From NCBI GenBank assembly GCA_001742785.1, contig MCBF01000001.1, forward strand, positions 742,507 through 754,191: a stretch of 11,685 nt of DNA. Reading direction: 5' to 3'. Position numbers and translations under genes: made by a program. The first letter of the stretch is position 1. Every line of letters begins with the position of its first letter. Below are positions 1-7,445 of this stretch, one piece after another. Source of the stretch: Candidatus Altiarchaeales archaeon IMC4. Its GTDB lineage: Archaea > Altiarchaeota > Altiarchaeia > IMC4. The notes beneath the pieces are model-generated. The model did no database searches and was not told where the DNA came from. It saw nothing but the letters and a program-made list of their open reading frames with translations.

Positions 1-246
1 TTTTGTCCCGATCATGCCTATTTTTATTGCGCAAATATCAACATCCGACAGGACGGAATCAATCTGTTTTTTCACCAAACCGTGTTCAAGCGGAAAAACC
101 GCGTCAACACCCTGCGTATTCTGCGCGGTTATGCAGGTTATCGCAGAAGTGCCGTAAACGCCAAACCCCGAGAAAACCATCAAATCCCGCTGGACACCTG
201 CCCCCGCGACAGGGTCAAAGCCTGCAATTGTTAATACATTAATCAT
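1..246 (-). CDS. thiD: Hydroxymethylpyrimidine/phosphomethylpyrimidine kinase, N-terminal 82 aa (runs off the left edge)
   Basis: Not in the ORF track. Manual translation from the ATG at 246 gives MINVLTIAGFDPVAGAGVQRDLMVFSGFGVYGTSAITCITAQNTQGVDAVFPLEHGLVKKQIDSVLSDVDICAIKIGMIGTK. It carries the ThiD signatures VLTIAGxDPxxGAG, TAQNT and KIGM, and the frame is open to position 1. Confidence 0.93.
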   Translation of the reverse strand, partial: MINVLTIAGFDPVAGAGVQRDLMVFSGFGVYGTSAITCITAQNTQGVDAVFPLEHGLVKKQIDSVLSDVDICAIKIGMIGTK

Positions 247-258
247 TATTACTATAGG

Positions 259-303
259 CAAGAGCATAAGTTTTGGAACTTTTTATTTTAACTTATGCTC
301 TTG
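259..303. repeat. Perfect 14-bp inverted repeat with 17-nt loop (hairpin 1)
   Basis: CAAGAGCATAAGTT (259-272) and AACTTATGCTCTTG (290-303) are exact reverse complements. Confidence 0.9.
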
Positions 304-310
304 AATATAT

Positions 311-351
311 CGAATTGCATTTATAAAAAGTTCCATTAATTATGCAATTCG
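311..351. repeat. Perfect 10-bp inverted repeat with 21-nt loop (hairpin 2)
   Basis: CGAATTGCAT (311-320) pairs with ATGCAATTCG (342-351). The stem can extend via AATATAT (304-310) and ATATATT (354-360) with a 2-nt bulge. Confidence 0.85.
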
Positions 352-399
352 CTATATATTATAAAACAAGGCGAATTTATAATATAACTTCCCTGAAAA

Positions 400-2292
400 A
401 TGCCCGATAAAAAACAAACCCCCGTAAACGAGGGGTGGAGGCAGATCATAGCAGGACGACCCGAACCAAAAACAGGGCCCGTAACTGGCGGGAGCATATA
501 CCTTGTCAAAGAAAACGGGATTGACAGGTCTATCGGGATGTTCAAGGATATGATCGGGCGCGGCGCAAAAGGTCTTATTATCGCCCGCATACACCCTGAC
601 AAGTTGAGACAGTCCTACAACCTTCAGGAAGCAGAAATAATCTGGCTCACCACAAATGTAGATTACCACAAACGCCTTGATCCGAACGACATGTCACTGG
701 CAAGCCACACGATTAACCAGTTTATAAACGGAAATAAAGACTCCGTGATACTTCTTGATGGCCTCGAATATCTTGCGACCCAGAATTCTTACGAAATGGC
801 TCTCAAGTTCGTTCAGAGTTTGAACGATTCGATAGCGCAGCATAACAGCCCCGTAATGATCCCTGTAGATCCAAATGCGTTCGACAAAAGGCAGTTATCA
901 CTGCTTGAAAGCGAGTGCGAGGTCGTAGAACAACCTGCTGAAGCTGCAATCAAAGAGGCAAAGCCGGCAAGCGCAAGGCAAAAAACCCCGCAGGATTTGT
1001 TGGGGCTTCTTCTAAAGACCGGGAGGTTAAGGGCGAGCAATGCCTCAAAGATGCTGGGTATTGAGCGCGGAACGCTTGAAAGATGGATAATGCTCATGGT
1101 AAAAAAAGGCATGGTAGTCCGCGAAGGAAATCCGGTTGACCCGTTCCTTGAAGTGACACCTGCATTTATGAGGCGGCTAAAGGCGGTTAAACAAGAGAGT
1201 GCCCAGAAGGTCAGCCGCGAGTTCGTGAAAGAGGTGGAAAAAAGAGAATCTGACGTGGCGGAATTAGAGGGGCAGATTAAAACCGAGCGCGAAAAGCGCA
1301 CCCTGATAGAACAACGGCTAAAATCAAGGGAAGACGAGCTAAAATCAATGGAAGACGAGCTCAAGTCAAGGGAGGATGATATCGGGCGGATGCAAACGGC
1401 AGGGGCTCCGAAGGAGCCGGAAGGCAAGGTAACTACTTTAAGGGCGGAGCTTGAACAAGCAAGGAACGAGAGGTCTGCCGTGGAAGCACAATTAAAGGAT
1501 GCAACTGAAAATCTGAAAGACCTTAAAGACGGGCTTGTGACCGCAACAGTTGCCAAAAAAGAGATTATCGAACTCAGGGAGAAACTCAAAAACGAGAAGG
1601 GAAAAACTGAGGAATTTATGAGGTCTGTGCAGGAGAAGAAAGACGATCTCAAACAAGAAGAAGCCGAACTTAGAGAATCCGAGGAAAAACTGAGCGGAAA
1701 ACAGAAGGTGATGGATTCCCTCAGGAAATCAGTAGAGTCTGATGCCAATGGCATACAAAAGGACATAGAAAACGAGAGGCAAAGGCGCAAGGATCTGGAG
1801 GGTAGGCTGAAGGTGAAACGCGATGAACTGGACGCAAGGGAGGGGGCGCTTATCACTGGCAGGAAGAATCTGGATGGGGAAAAGGAGGAGGTTGGCCTGT
1901 TCTTTTCCGATGAGATAGAGATTAAACTCAAAGAAGAGGAACTGAATAAAATCGAGCAAATGCTGAGGGAAAAAGAATCCGAGGTTAAACCTGCGCCGTC
2001 CGATAAGAAGTTGGCTGCACAGGAAGCAGAAATCGAAAAAAAGTTCGAAGGGCTTCGCGAGAGGGAGACAAAACTAAAGCGAAATAAACCGGAGCTTTCC
2101 AAAAGGGCCGCGAATACCAAAAAGGAGGCACCCGATGTTGAACCTCCGGACGAGGATGAGATAGCAAAACTCAAGAAAAGGAAGTCCGAGCTTAATGGCC
2201 TTGAAGAGAGGATCTCCGAAGAGGAAGGGCTCGAAAGGGCCCGCGAAGAGGAGATATTAAAAAAGGGGAGGTTAGTGGGAATTGGAGACTGA
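400..2292 (+). CDS. DUF835 (degenerate KaiC/RecA-like) domain + winged helix + long coiled-coil protein, 630 aa
   Basis: About aa 30-176 show DUF835 hallmarks (GLIIARIHPDKL, IIWLT, VILLDGLEYLATQNSYE, KFVQSLND, VDPNAFDKRQLSLLE). About aa 197-255 look like a winged helix (ASKMLGIERGTLERWIMLMVKKGMV). The rest is E/K-rich heptad coiled coil. ATG start, no transmembrane segment seen. Confidence 0.85.
   Translation: MPDKKQTPVNEGWRQIIAGRPEPKTGPVTGGSIYLVKENGIDRSIGMFKDMIGRGAKGLIIARIHPDKLRQSYNLQEAEIIWLTTNVDYHKRLDPNDMSLASHTINQFINGNKDSVILLDGLEYLATQNSYEMALKFVQSLNDSIAQHNSPVMIPVDPNAFDKRQLSLLESECEVVEQPAEAAIKEAKPASARQKTPQDLLGLLLKTGRLRASNASKMLGIERGTLERWIMLMVKKGMVVREGNPVDPFLEVTPAFMRRLKAVKQESAQKVSREFVKEVEKRESDVAELEGQIKTEREKRTLIEQRLKSREDELKSMEDELKSREDDIGRMQTAGAPKEPEGKVTTLRAELEQARNERSAVEAQLKDATENLKDLKDGLVTATVAKKEIIELREKLKNEKGKTEEFMRSVQEKKDDLKQEEAELRESEEKLSGKQKVMDSLRKSVESDANGIQKDIENERQRRKDLEGRLKVKRDELDAREGALITGRKNLDGEKEEVGLFFSDEIEIKLKEEELNKIEQMLREKESEVKPAPSDKKLAAQEAEIEKKFEGLRERETKLKRNKPELSKRAANTKKEAPDVEPPDEDEIAKLKKRKSELNGLEERISEEEGLERAREEEILKKGRLVGIGD
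1318..1380 (+). repeat. 3 x 21-nt tandem repeat encoding heptads LKSREDE-LKSMEDE-LKSREDD
   Basis: CTAAAATCAAGGGAAGACGAG / CTAAAATCAATGGAAGACGAG / CTCAAGTCAAGGGAGGATGAT. Confidence 0.85.
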
Positions 2293-5200
2293 TGATACAA
2301 ACCAGAGCTGGGCCAACGTTTACAAGGAAACTACCGGGGAGTCCAGCCGAAGCCCGGGGGAACTTATAAAACTCTTGTTGAGGGTGGAAAAGGTAAAGGC
2401 AAGCAACGCCGCAACACTCCTGACGATAGACAGGGGCACCCTTGAAAAATGGATAATGGCCCTCGATAAAAGGGGCATCATAGGCAAAGAAGGGCCGCAG
2501 ACAGACTCCTATCTGAGGCTTAAGCCCTCATTCATAGAGCGGATAAAGTCGCTCAATGCCAGGAAGTCGGCACATGCAGAGGACACCACAAACAAGATAA
2601 ACTCTCTTGATAAGAGGATACATGACCTGGGGCAAGCCCTCGGAAGCGAGCGCGGCAGGATAGCGCAAATCGAGGCCGAGGCTAAAGGCATGCTCGCTAT
2701 AATAAGCGACAGCGAAAAGCGTCTGAAAAATAAGGCGGCGCTTCTTGATGATGCGGAGAAGACCCTGCGTGAGGAGAAAGCAAACCTTGACGAAGAGGTC
2801 AAAAAAACAGACGGACTTCTAACGGGGCTCACGCAGGAGCTAAAGAAAGAACGGGAGGAGAAGTCTTCGCTCGAGAAGCAGTCGAAGAGGGTTAGGGATG
2901 ACATCTCGGGTTTGCAGGCCGAACAGGGGGTGCAAGTCGGCAGCGATGAGGCTCTTTCTTTGAAGGAAACAATCAGGGCCGAAAGGCAAAAACGCTCGGT
3001 TGAGGAAGAGAAAATAAAAAAGGCAGCATCGGAGCTTGAGCGCAGGAAGCAGGTAATAACAAAACAGCTCGAAGAATTAGAACTAAGGGGAAAGGCAGCC
3101 GGTGCAAAACCTGCTGTTGCGGAGGATTCCAATGCCCTGGCGATCCAACTGGACAAAGAGCGCGATATGACCGAAGTGGTCAGGAAGCGGCTCGATGAAG
3201 AAGAGAAGGAACTCGATGCCCGCGAGAAGGTGATGGCGGAGAAGGAAAAAGAATTAAAAGCGGAGACAGATGAACTCGGTGTTTTCTTTGAGGGAGGCAT
3301 CGAGATAAAACTCACTGATAGTGAAATTAAGGAAAAATGTGCAGAACTTGAGTCAAGGCAGGCAAATCTGAAGAAGAGGGAAGAAGAGCAGGATACTCTT
3401 GAGGAAGAAGATAAAAAATACCGTAAACGCGCCGAGAATATAAGCCTACGGCAGGCCGAACTGGAAAAGAAAACAGAGTATCTATCGAGGGATGAAAATG
3501 CGTACGAGGTGCAGGAGGCCGAAATATTGAGGAAGGAATCGGAGATTCTGAAGAAAAAAGAGGCCGTCGCGGCTGCAAGAAGGAGGGTGGAAGAAGAGTC
3601 TCTAGAACTTGATACGATCGAGGTAGATATAAAGAAACGGCAAAAGACACTTGACAACTTGCACAAATCTCTTGATGAACGGGAGAATGCCATTAAAATC
3701 GATGAGCTTACCAAAAAACAAAATGACCGCCTAAGAGAAATAAACGCCCGCGAGGCAGAACTGCAAAAAAAGATCGAAAGTTTGGCGATAAAAGAAAAAG
3801 AGTATGAAGGCAAGAAATCTGAATTAGTGAAGACCGAATCTGAACTTTTGGAAAAAAAGAGAATCTCCATCGATGAAATAAAAAGAAAAACCGATGAACT
3901 GTCAAGCAAGGAAAAAGAATACGAGAAAAAGAAGGCAGAATTAGAGGCAGCAGAATCGGAGATTCTTAAGAAAAATATGGCCACCGACGAGATGAAGAAG
4001 AAGATGGAGGCCGACAAGGCAGAAATGGAAGCCAAGGAGAAACAGCTGACAGAAAGACAGAAAGAATTATATTCACTTAAAAAATCTCTTGATACCGAGG
4101 AAAAAACAATCTATAGTAAAGAGCTGGCAAAGAAGAAACGGCTTCAGGAGATAAGGGATATCGAGGCAGAACTTGAGAAAAAAAGTACGGAATTGTCAAG
4201 CAAGGAAAAAGAATACGAGAAAAAGAAGGCAGAATTAGAGGCAGCAGAATCGGAGATTCTTAAGAAAAATAAGGTCAAAGATGAACTGAAAAAGAAAAAT
4301 AATGCCATCGACGAGATAAAGAAGAGGATGGAAGCCGACAAGGCAGAAATGGAAGCCAAGGAGAAACAACTGACAGAAAGACAGAAAGAATTATATTCAC
4401 TTAAAAAGTCTCTTGACGATGAGGAGAAAACGCTAAATACAGAAGAAAGGGAAAAGAAGGAACGTCTTAAAGAAATGAATGCCCTCGAGGCGCAAGTGAA
4501 GAAAAAAACAGGGGAACTGTCAAAGAAGGAAAAGGAGTACGAGGAAAAGAAGATTGAGTTGCAAGCTGCAGAAACCGAGATCCTTAAGAAAAAGCAGGCC
4601 ACAGAGGAACTTGAAAAGAAAAGAATAAAAGAAAGGGCGGAAGTTGACCTTATGGAGCGTCAGTTGAATGAACAACTCATGAAACTGGATTCAATTCGCG
4701 AATCGCTAAAAAGTAGGGAAGGCGGGTCAAAAGAGGCAGAACCTGCCAAGGCCAAGATGGTGTCTGAAAAGCCGCCTAAAAAGCCGGAAGCGGGACTTGA
4801 AGAAATCGAGGCGATGGCAGAGAAAGCGAAAAAGAAAAAGGTTTCCTTAGCGCAAAGTTTCAGGAAGACTGCCTTGGAAAAAGCAAAGACTGTAAACGCA
4901 AAGCAGGAACTCGTAGAGAATCCTAATGAGAAACCACCTAAAGAGATAGAAGAGGCACCATTAAAGCCTGCACCAGAAGAGGAACCACCGGCTGCGAAGC
5001 CGAAAGAAGAGCCGCAAGAACCGGAAACAAAGCCCGAAGGGGTGCCCGCGCCCGAAGCGCCCAAGGAGAAACCATCTCAAGAGCCGGAAGCAAAGCCCGA
5101 AGAAGTGCTGCCGAAAGCCGCACCGGAGGAGCAAGCACAAGCGGAAACTCCGAAGGCAGGGGAAAACCGGCTGATATCGCTGCTCGGGAGGACGGGCGCT

Positions 5201-5449
5201 ATAAAACCAGAGGATGCCCTAGAAGAGCTGCAGGTTGACAAGGACACGCTTACCGAATGGGTCGCAAAACTTAAAAAGGAGGGCATTATCGAGGTCAAGT
5301 CGTCGTTCATGAGGGGTACGACCTTGATGCTTACTACGGACGCGTTAAAAAAACTGAAGGAGCGTGAGATAGACCATACTGTTGATACAATCCGCAACGA
5401 ACTTCAGAGGATAAGGCAGGAGCAGAAAAAGCTAAGCGACAGAAAATGA
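2282..5449 (+). CDS. Large coiled-coil protein with N- and C-terminal winged-helix domains and a Pro/Glu-rich linker, 1055 aa; paralog of the upstream gene
   Basis: TTG start with an SD-like GGGGAGGT at 2265-2272 and an 11-nt overlap with the upstream gene. Winged-helix-like domains at about 2354-2533 (AATLLTIDRGTLEKWIMALDKRGII) and about 5162-5340 (ALEELQVDKDTLTEWVAKLKKEGIIEV). Roughly 700 aa of E/K coiled coil and a PEE/KPE-rich linker lie between them. No Walker A motif or SMC hinge visible. Confidence 0.85.
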   Translation: METDDTNQSWANVYKETTGESSRSPGELIKLLLRVEKVKASNAATLLTIDRGTLEKWIMALDKRGIIGKEGPQTDSYLRLKPSFIERIKSLNARKSAHAEDTTNKINSLDKRIHDLGQALGSERGRIAQIEAEAKGMLAIISDSEKRLKNKAALLDDAEKTLREEKANLDEEVKKTDGLLTGLTQELKKEREEKSSLEKQSKRVRDDISGLQAEQGVQVGSDEALSLKETIRAERQKRSVEEEKIKKAASELERRKQVITKQLEELELRGKAAGAKPAVAEDSNALAIQLDKERDMTEVVRKRLDEEEKELDAREKVMAEKEKELKAETDELGVFFEGGIEIKLTDSEIKEKCAELESRQANLKKREEEQDTLEEEDKKYRKRAENISLRQAELEKKTEYLSRDENAYEVQEAEILRKESEILKKKEAVAAARRRVEEESLELDTIEVDIKKRQKTLDNLHKSLDERENAIKIDELTKKQNDRLREINAREAELQKKIESLAIKEKEYEGKKSELVKTESELLEKKRISIDEIKRKTDELSSKEKEYEKKKAELEAAESEILKKNMATDEMKKKMEADKAEMEAKEKQLTERQKELYSLKKSLDTEEKTIYSKELAKKKRLQEIRDIEAELEKKSTELSSKEKEYEKKKAELEAAESEILKKNKVKDELKKKNNAIDEIKKRMEADKAEMEAKEKQLTERQKELYSLKKSLDDEEKTLNTEEREKKERLKEMNALEAQVKKKTGELSKKEKEYEEKKIELQAAETEILKKKQATEELEKKRIKERAEVDLMERQLNEQLMKLDSIRESLKSREGGSKEAEPAKAKMVSEKPPKKPEAGLEEIEAMAEKAKKKKVSLAQSFRKTALEKAKTVNAKQELVENPNEKPPKEIEEAPLKPAPEEEPPAAKPKEEPQEPETKPEGVPAPEAPKEKPSQEPEAKPEEVLPKAAPEEQAQAETPKAGENRLISLLGRTGAIKPEDALEELQVDKDTLTEWVAKLKKEGIIEVKSSFMRGTTLMLTTDALKKLKEREIDHTVDTIRNELQRIRQEQKKLSDRK
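3900..4416 (+). repeat. Recent intragenic duplication in the coiled coil
   Basis: 3900-3977 is identical to 4194-4271 (78 nt, offset 294). 3980-4092 matches 4304-4416 with 6 mismatches in 113 nt (offset 324, implying a 30-nt in-frame indel). Confidence 0.92.
5015..5102 (+). repeat. Direct repeat in the Pro/Glu linker (QEPETKPE / QEPEAKPE)
   Basis: CAAGAACCGGAAACAAAGCCCGAAG (5015-5039) versus CAAGAGCCGGAAGCAAAGCCCGAAG (5078-5102), 2 mismatches. Confidence 0.75.
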
Positions 5450-6180
5450 TGCAGTTAACCCTCGTCCAACTTGACAACTACGGCCCATGGACAGTTACCC
5501 CGGAGCCGAAGAAAGAGGCGCTTTTGCAGAAACTTCAGGCAGACATCTACTCCAAACTTCAGGACATGTTCATGCAGAAAAAGTCGCTTTTGTTCATGAT
5601 GCGCCAGGACAACATGATTGCAGTTACCAATGGGATGGCTGGCGATGACCACCGCCGGATAATCCAGGAGGTGAACTCAACATTTCCGGTAACCGTCAGC
5701 ATGTCGGCGGCATCGGCGCAAACCGCATACGAAGCGCAGCGGATTGCTACCGAGGCATTGGTTTCGCAGGGCGGGGCAAAGCACGGCAAAAGGAAGGGCG
5801 CGCTTAAATTTTCAGGTACAAATGAGGGTATTGTGCAGATGGCGCACATCGACGTGGACAACATAACGCACCACACGGACAATAATGTATACGCGTCGTA
5901 CTCTAAAGTGGTTGAGGCTCAAAGTGAATTGACCAAGGAACTCGTGAAAAAAGGCGCGTTGGTTTTTTTCATGGGCGGGGACAATTTCATCTCGCCCTCG
6001 AACGGGGTTTCGAAAGAGGGTTTCGAAAATATCTTTAGTGAAATCAGCGAAAGGATCGGCGTCTCGTTCAAGGCAGGGGTTGGCACCGCAAAAACCAGCG
6101 AGGATGCGGTTGCCTTGGCAAGCATTGCGCTTAAGGAAGTGCGAAAGGGTACGAAGGAAAGGATCATATTCAAAAATTAA
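5446..6180 (+). CDS. gch3: GTP cyclohydrolase IIa/III (archaeal riboflavin pathway)
   Basis: Motifs QLDNYGPWT, LQKLQADIY, RQDNMIAVTNG, AHIDVDNIT and FFMGGDNF; 244 aa; ATGA overlap with the upstream stop. Confidence 0.93.
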   Translation: MMQLTLVQLDNYGPWTVTPEPKKEALLQKLQADIYSKLQDMFMQKKSLLFMMRQDNMIAVTNGMAGDDHRRIIQEVNSTFPVTVSMSAASAQTAYEAQRIATEALVSQGGAKHGKRKGALKFSGTNEGIVQMAHIDVDNITHHTDNNVYASYSKVVEAQSELTKELVKKGALVFFMGGDNFISPSNGVSKEGFENIFSEISERIGVSFKAGVGTAKTSEDAVALASIALKEVRKGTKERIIFKN

Positions 6181-6182
6181 GA

Positions 6183-7445
6183 TTGAAAATCGAAAAACCG
6201 CGCGGCACAAGGGACTTATCCCCTGAGGAGATGGGCAAAAGGCGATTTGTCGAAGGCGAGATAGTCAGGACATTCGAATCTTACAATTACCGCCCCATAC
6301 AAGTTCCGACATTCGAACATGCCGAACTTTTTTCCCTGAAATCCGGCGAAGAGATAAGACAGCACATGTACGTCTTCAGGGACAAGTCGGATCGCGAGTT
6401 GTGCTTAAGGCCGGAGGCGACCGCGTCGGTCTGCAGGATGTTCGTCGAGAATTTCCAGAACACCCAGATGCCCCTGAAGTTCTACTACATGGGGCCGATG
6501 TTCCGCTACGAACGCCCGCAGAAGGGGCGCTACAGGGAGTTCTGGCAGGCAGGGGTCGAGCTGATCGGGCCAAGTGGTGCAAGAAGCGACGCAGAGGTTA
6601 TCTCGATGGCATCGAAATGCCTTGAAAACATCGGGCTTAAATTCGAGCTTGAGGTCGGCCACCTCGGTATCCTCAGGGGCCTGATGAGGGACCTCGGCAT
6701 AGGGGCTGGAAAGCAGGACGAACTGATAAATGCGATGGACAAGGGCGAGACCGAGCGCCTTGAGAATCTGGTCGAGCACGAGGTTCTTCTTGACATCATC
6801 GGGCTTAATGGCCAAAAAGACGCGGTTGAGAGGGCAAAAACCATACTTAACTCTTACCCAAGCGCGTTGTCCGCACTGGAGGAGCTTTCGCAGATATTAT
6901 CGCTGCTTGACGAAAACGCCACAAGCTATGTTGTGAACATGGGGGTAGCCCGCGGCCTTGAGTACTACACCGGGATGGTCTTCGAGATTATGGTCAATGG
7001 CCTTGGTGCCCAGAGCCAGATATGCGGCGGCGGACGATATGACCTGCTGATAGAACTTTTCGGTGGAAAAACCACCCCTGCAGTAGGGTTCGCATTCGGA
7101 TTCGACAGGGTCGTTGACGCCTTTGACGAGCAGGGGATAAAAGCCCCGGAGGCAGCGGTTGACTTCGTAGTGGCGCCGGTCAGCGACGAGATAAGGAAGG
7201 ACGCGGACAGGATTGCCAGCGAGCTTCGCAAACAAGGGGCATCCGTGGACATCGACCTCATGGACCGCAAACTCGGAAAAATCATGGAATACGCGGCGAA
7301 TGTTAACGCCCTGCAGGTGGTAATCGTCGGCCCGAAGGAGCTTGCAAAATCGGAGGTTACGCTCAGGGACATGAAAACCGGGGGGCAGGAAAACGTTAAA
7401 ATTGCGAATTTAAAATTTAAAATTGAAAAGCGAAACGGGAAGTGA
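6183..7445 (+). CDS. hisS: Histidine--tRNA ligase
   Basis: Motifs PRGTRD, LRPEATAS, FRYERPQKGRYREFWQ, RGLEYYTG, GGGRYD and GFAFGFDR. A C-terminal anticodon-binding domain is present, so this is not HisZ. TTG start 2 nt after the gch3 stop. Confidence 0.97.
   Translation: MKIEKPRGTRDLSPEEMGKRRFVEGEIVRTFESYNYRPIQVPTFEHAELFSLKSGEEIRQHMYVFRDKSDRELCLRPEATASVCRMFVENFQNTQMPLKFYYMGPMFRYERPQKGRYREFWQAGVELIGPSGARSDAEVISMASKCLENIGLKFELEVGHLGILRGLMRDLGIGAGKQDELINAMDKGETERLENLVEHEVLLDIIGLNGQKDAVERAKTILNSYPSALSALEELSQILSLLDENATSYVVNMGVARGLEYYTGMVFEIMVNGLGAQSQICGGGRYDLLIELFGGKTTPAVGFAFGFDRVVDAFDEQGIKAPEAAVDFVVAPVSDEIRKDADRIASELRKQGASVDIDLMDRKLGKIMEYAANVNALQVVIVGPKELAKSEVTLRDMKTGGQENVKIANLKFKIEKRNGK

Larger units (their letters stand above)
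247..399. promoter_or_regulatory. AT-rich divergent promoter region between thiD and the + strand operon
   Basis: Much more AT-rich than the flanking genes. TATA-like tracts: TTTTTAT at 280-286 (+), TTTTTATAAA at 329-320 (-), TTATAAAA at 359-366 (+) and TTTATAATA at 376-384 (+). The sequence alone does not show which are used. Confidence 0.7.

Noticed and set aside
3..242. 79-aa + strand ORF
   Set aside because: It is antisense to the clear thiD N-terminus.
259..351. Replication origin (ORB), dif site, MITE or CRISPR remnant
   Set aside because: GTTCCA is present but there is no full ORB with a G-string and no adjacent cdc6/orc1. The spacers (17 and 21 nt) do not fit the 11-6-11 dif layout. 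I see no target-site duplication, transposase or repeat-spacer array.
247..399. TPP riboswitch upstream of thiD
   Set aside because: There is no CUGAGA core or TPP-type architecture on the minus strand, and the region is very AU-rich.
2259..2292. A_AAA_AAG slippery site near the end of the first gene, suggesting a frameshift fusion with the second gene
   Set aside because: A -1 shift enters the wrong frame, because the second gene is +1. The +1 frame also has a TAG at 2273-2275. An SD plus TTG explains the second gene independently.
3900..4416. Direct repeats as a CRISPR array or mobile-element ends
   Set aside because: They are in-frame coding duplications within one ORF, with no unique spacers.
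813..5397. Long minus strand ORFs (813-2300, 2509-4035, 4144-4602, 4660-5064, 5077-5397)
   Set aside because: These Ser/Phe/Leu-rich frames are antisense shadows of the Glu/Lys-rich coiled-coil genes. They have no recognisable motifs.
400..5449. SMC/Rad50 annotation for the coiled-coil proteins
   Set aside because: No Walker A, ABC signature, hinge or CxxC zinc hook is visible, so any such hit would be compositional.
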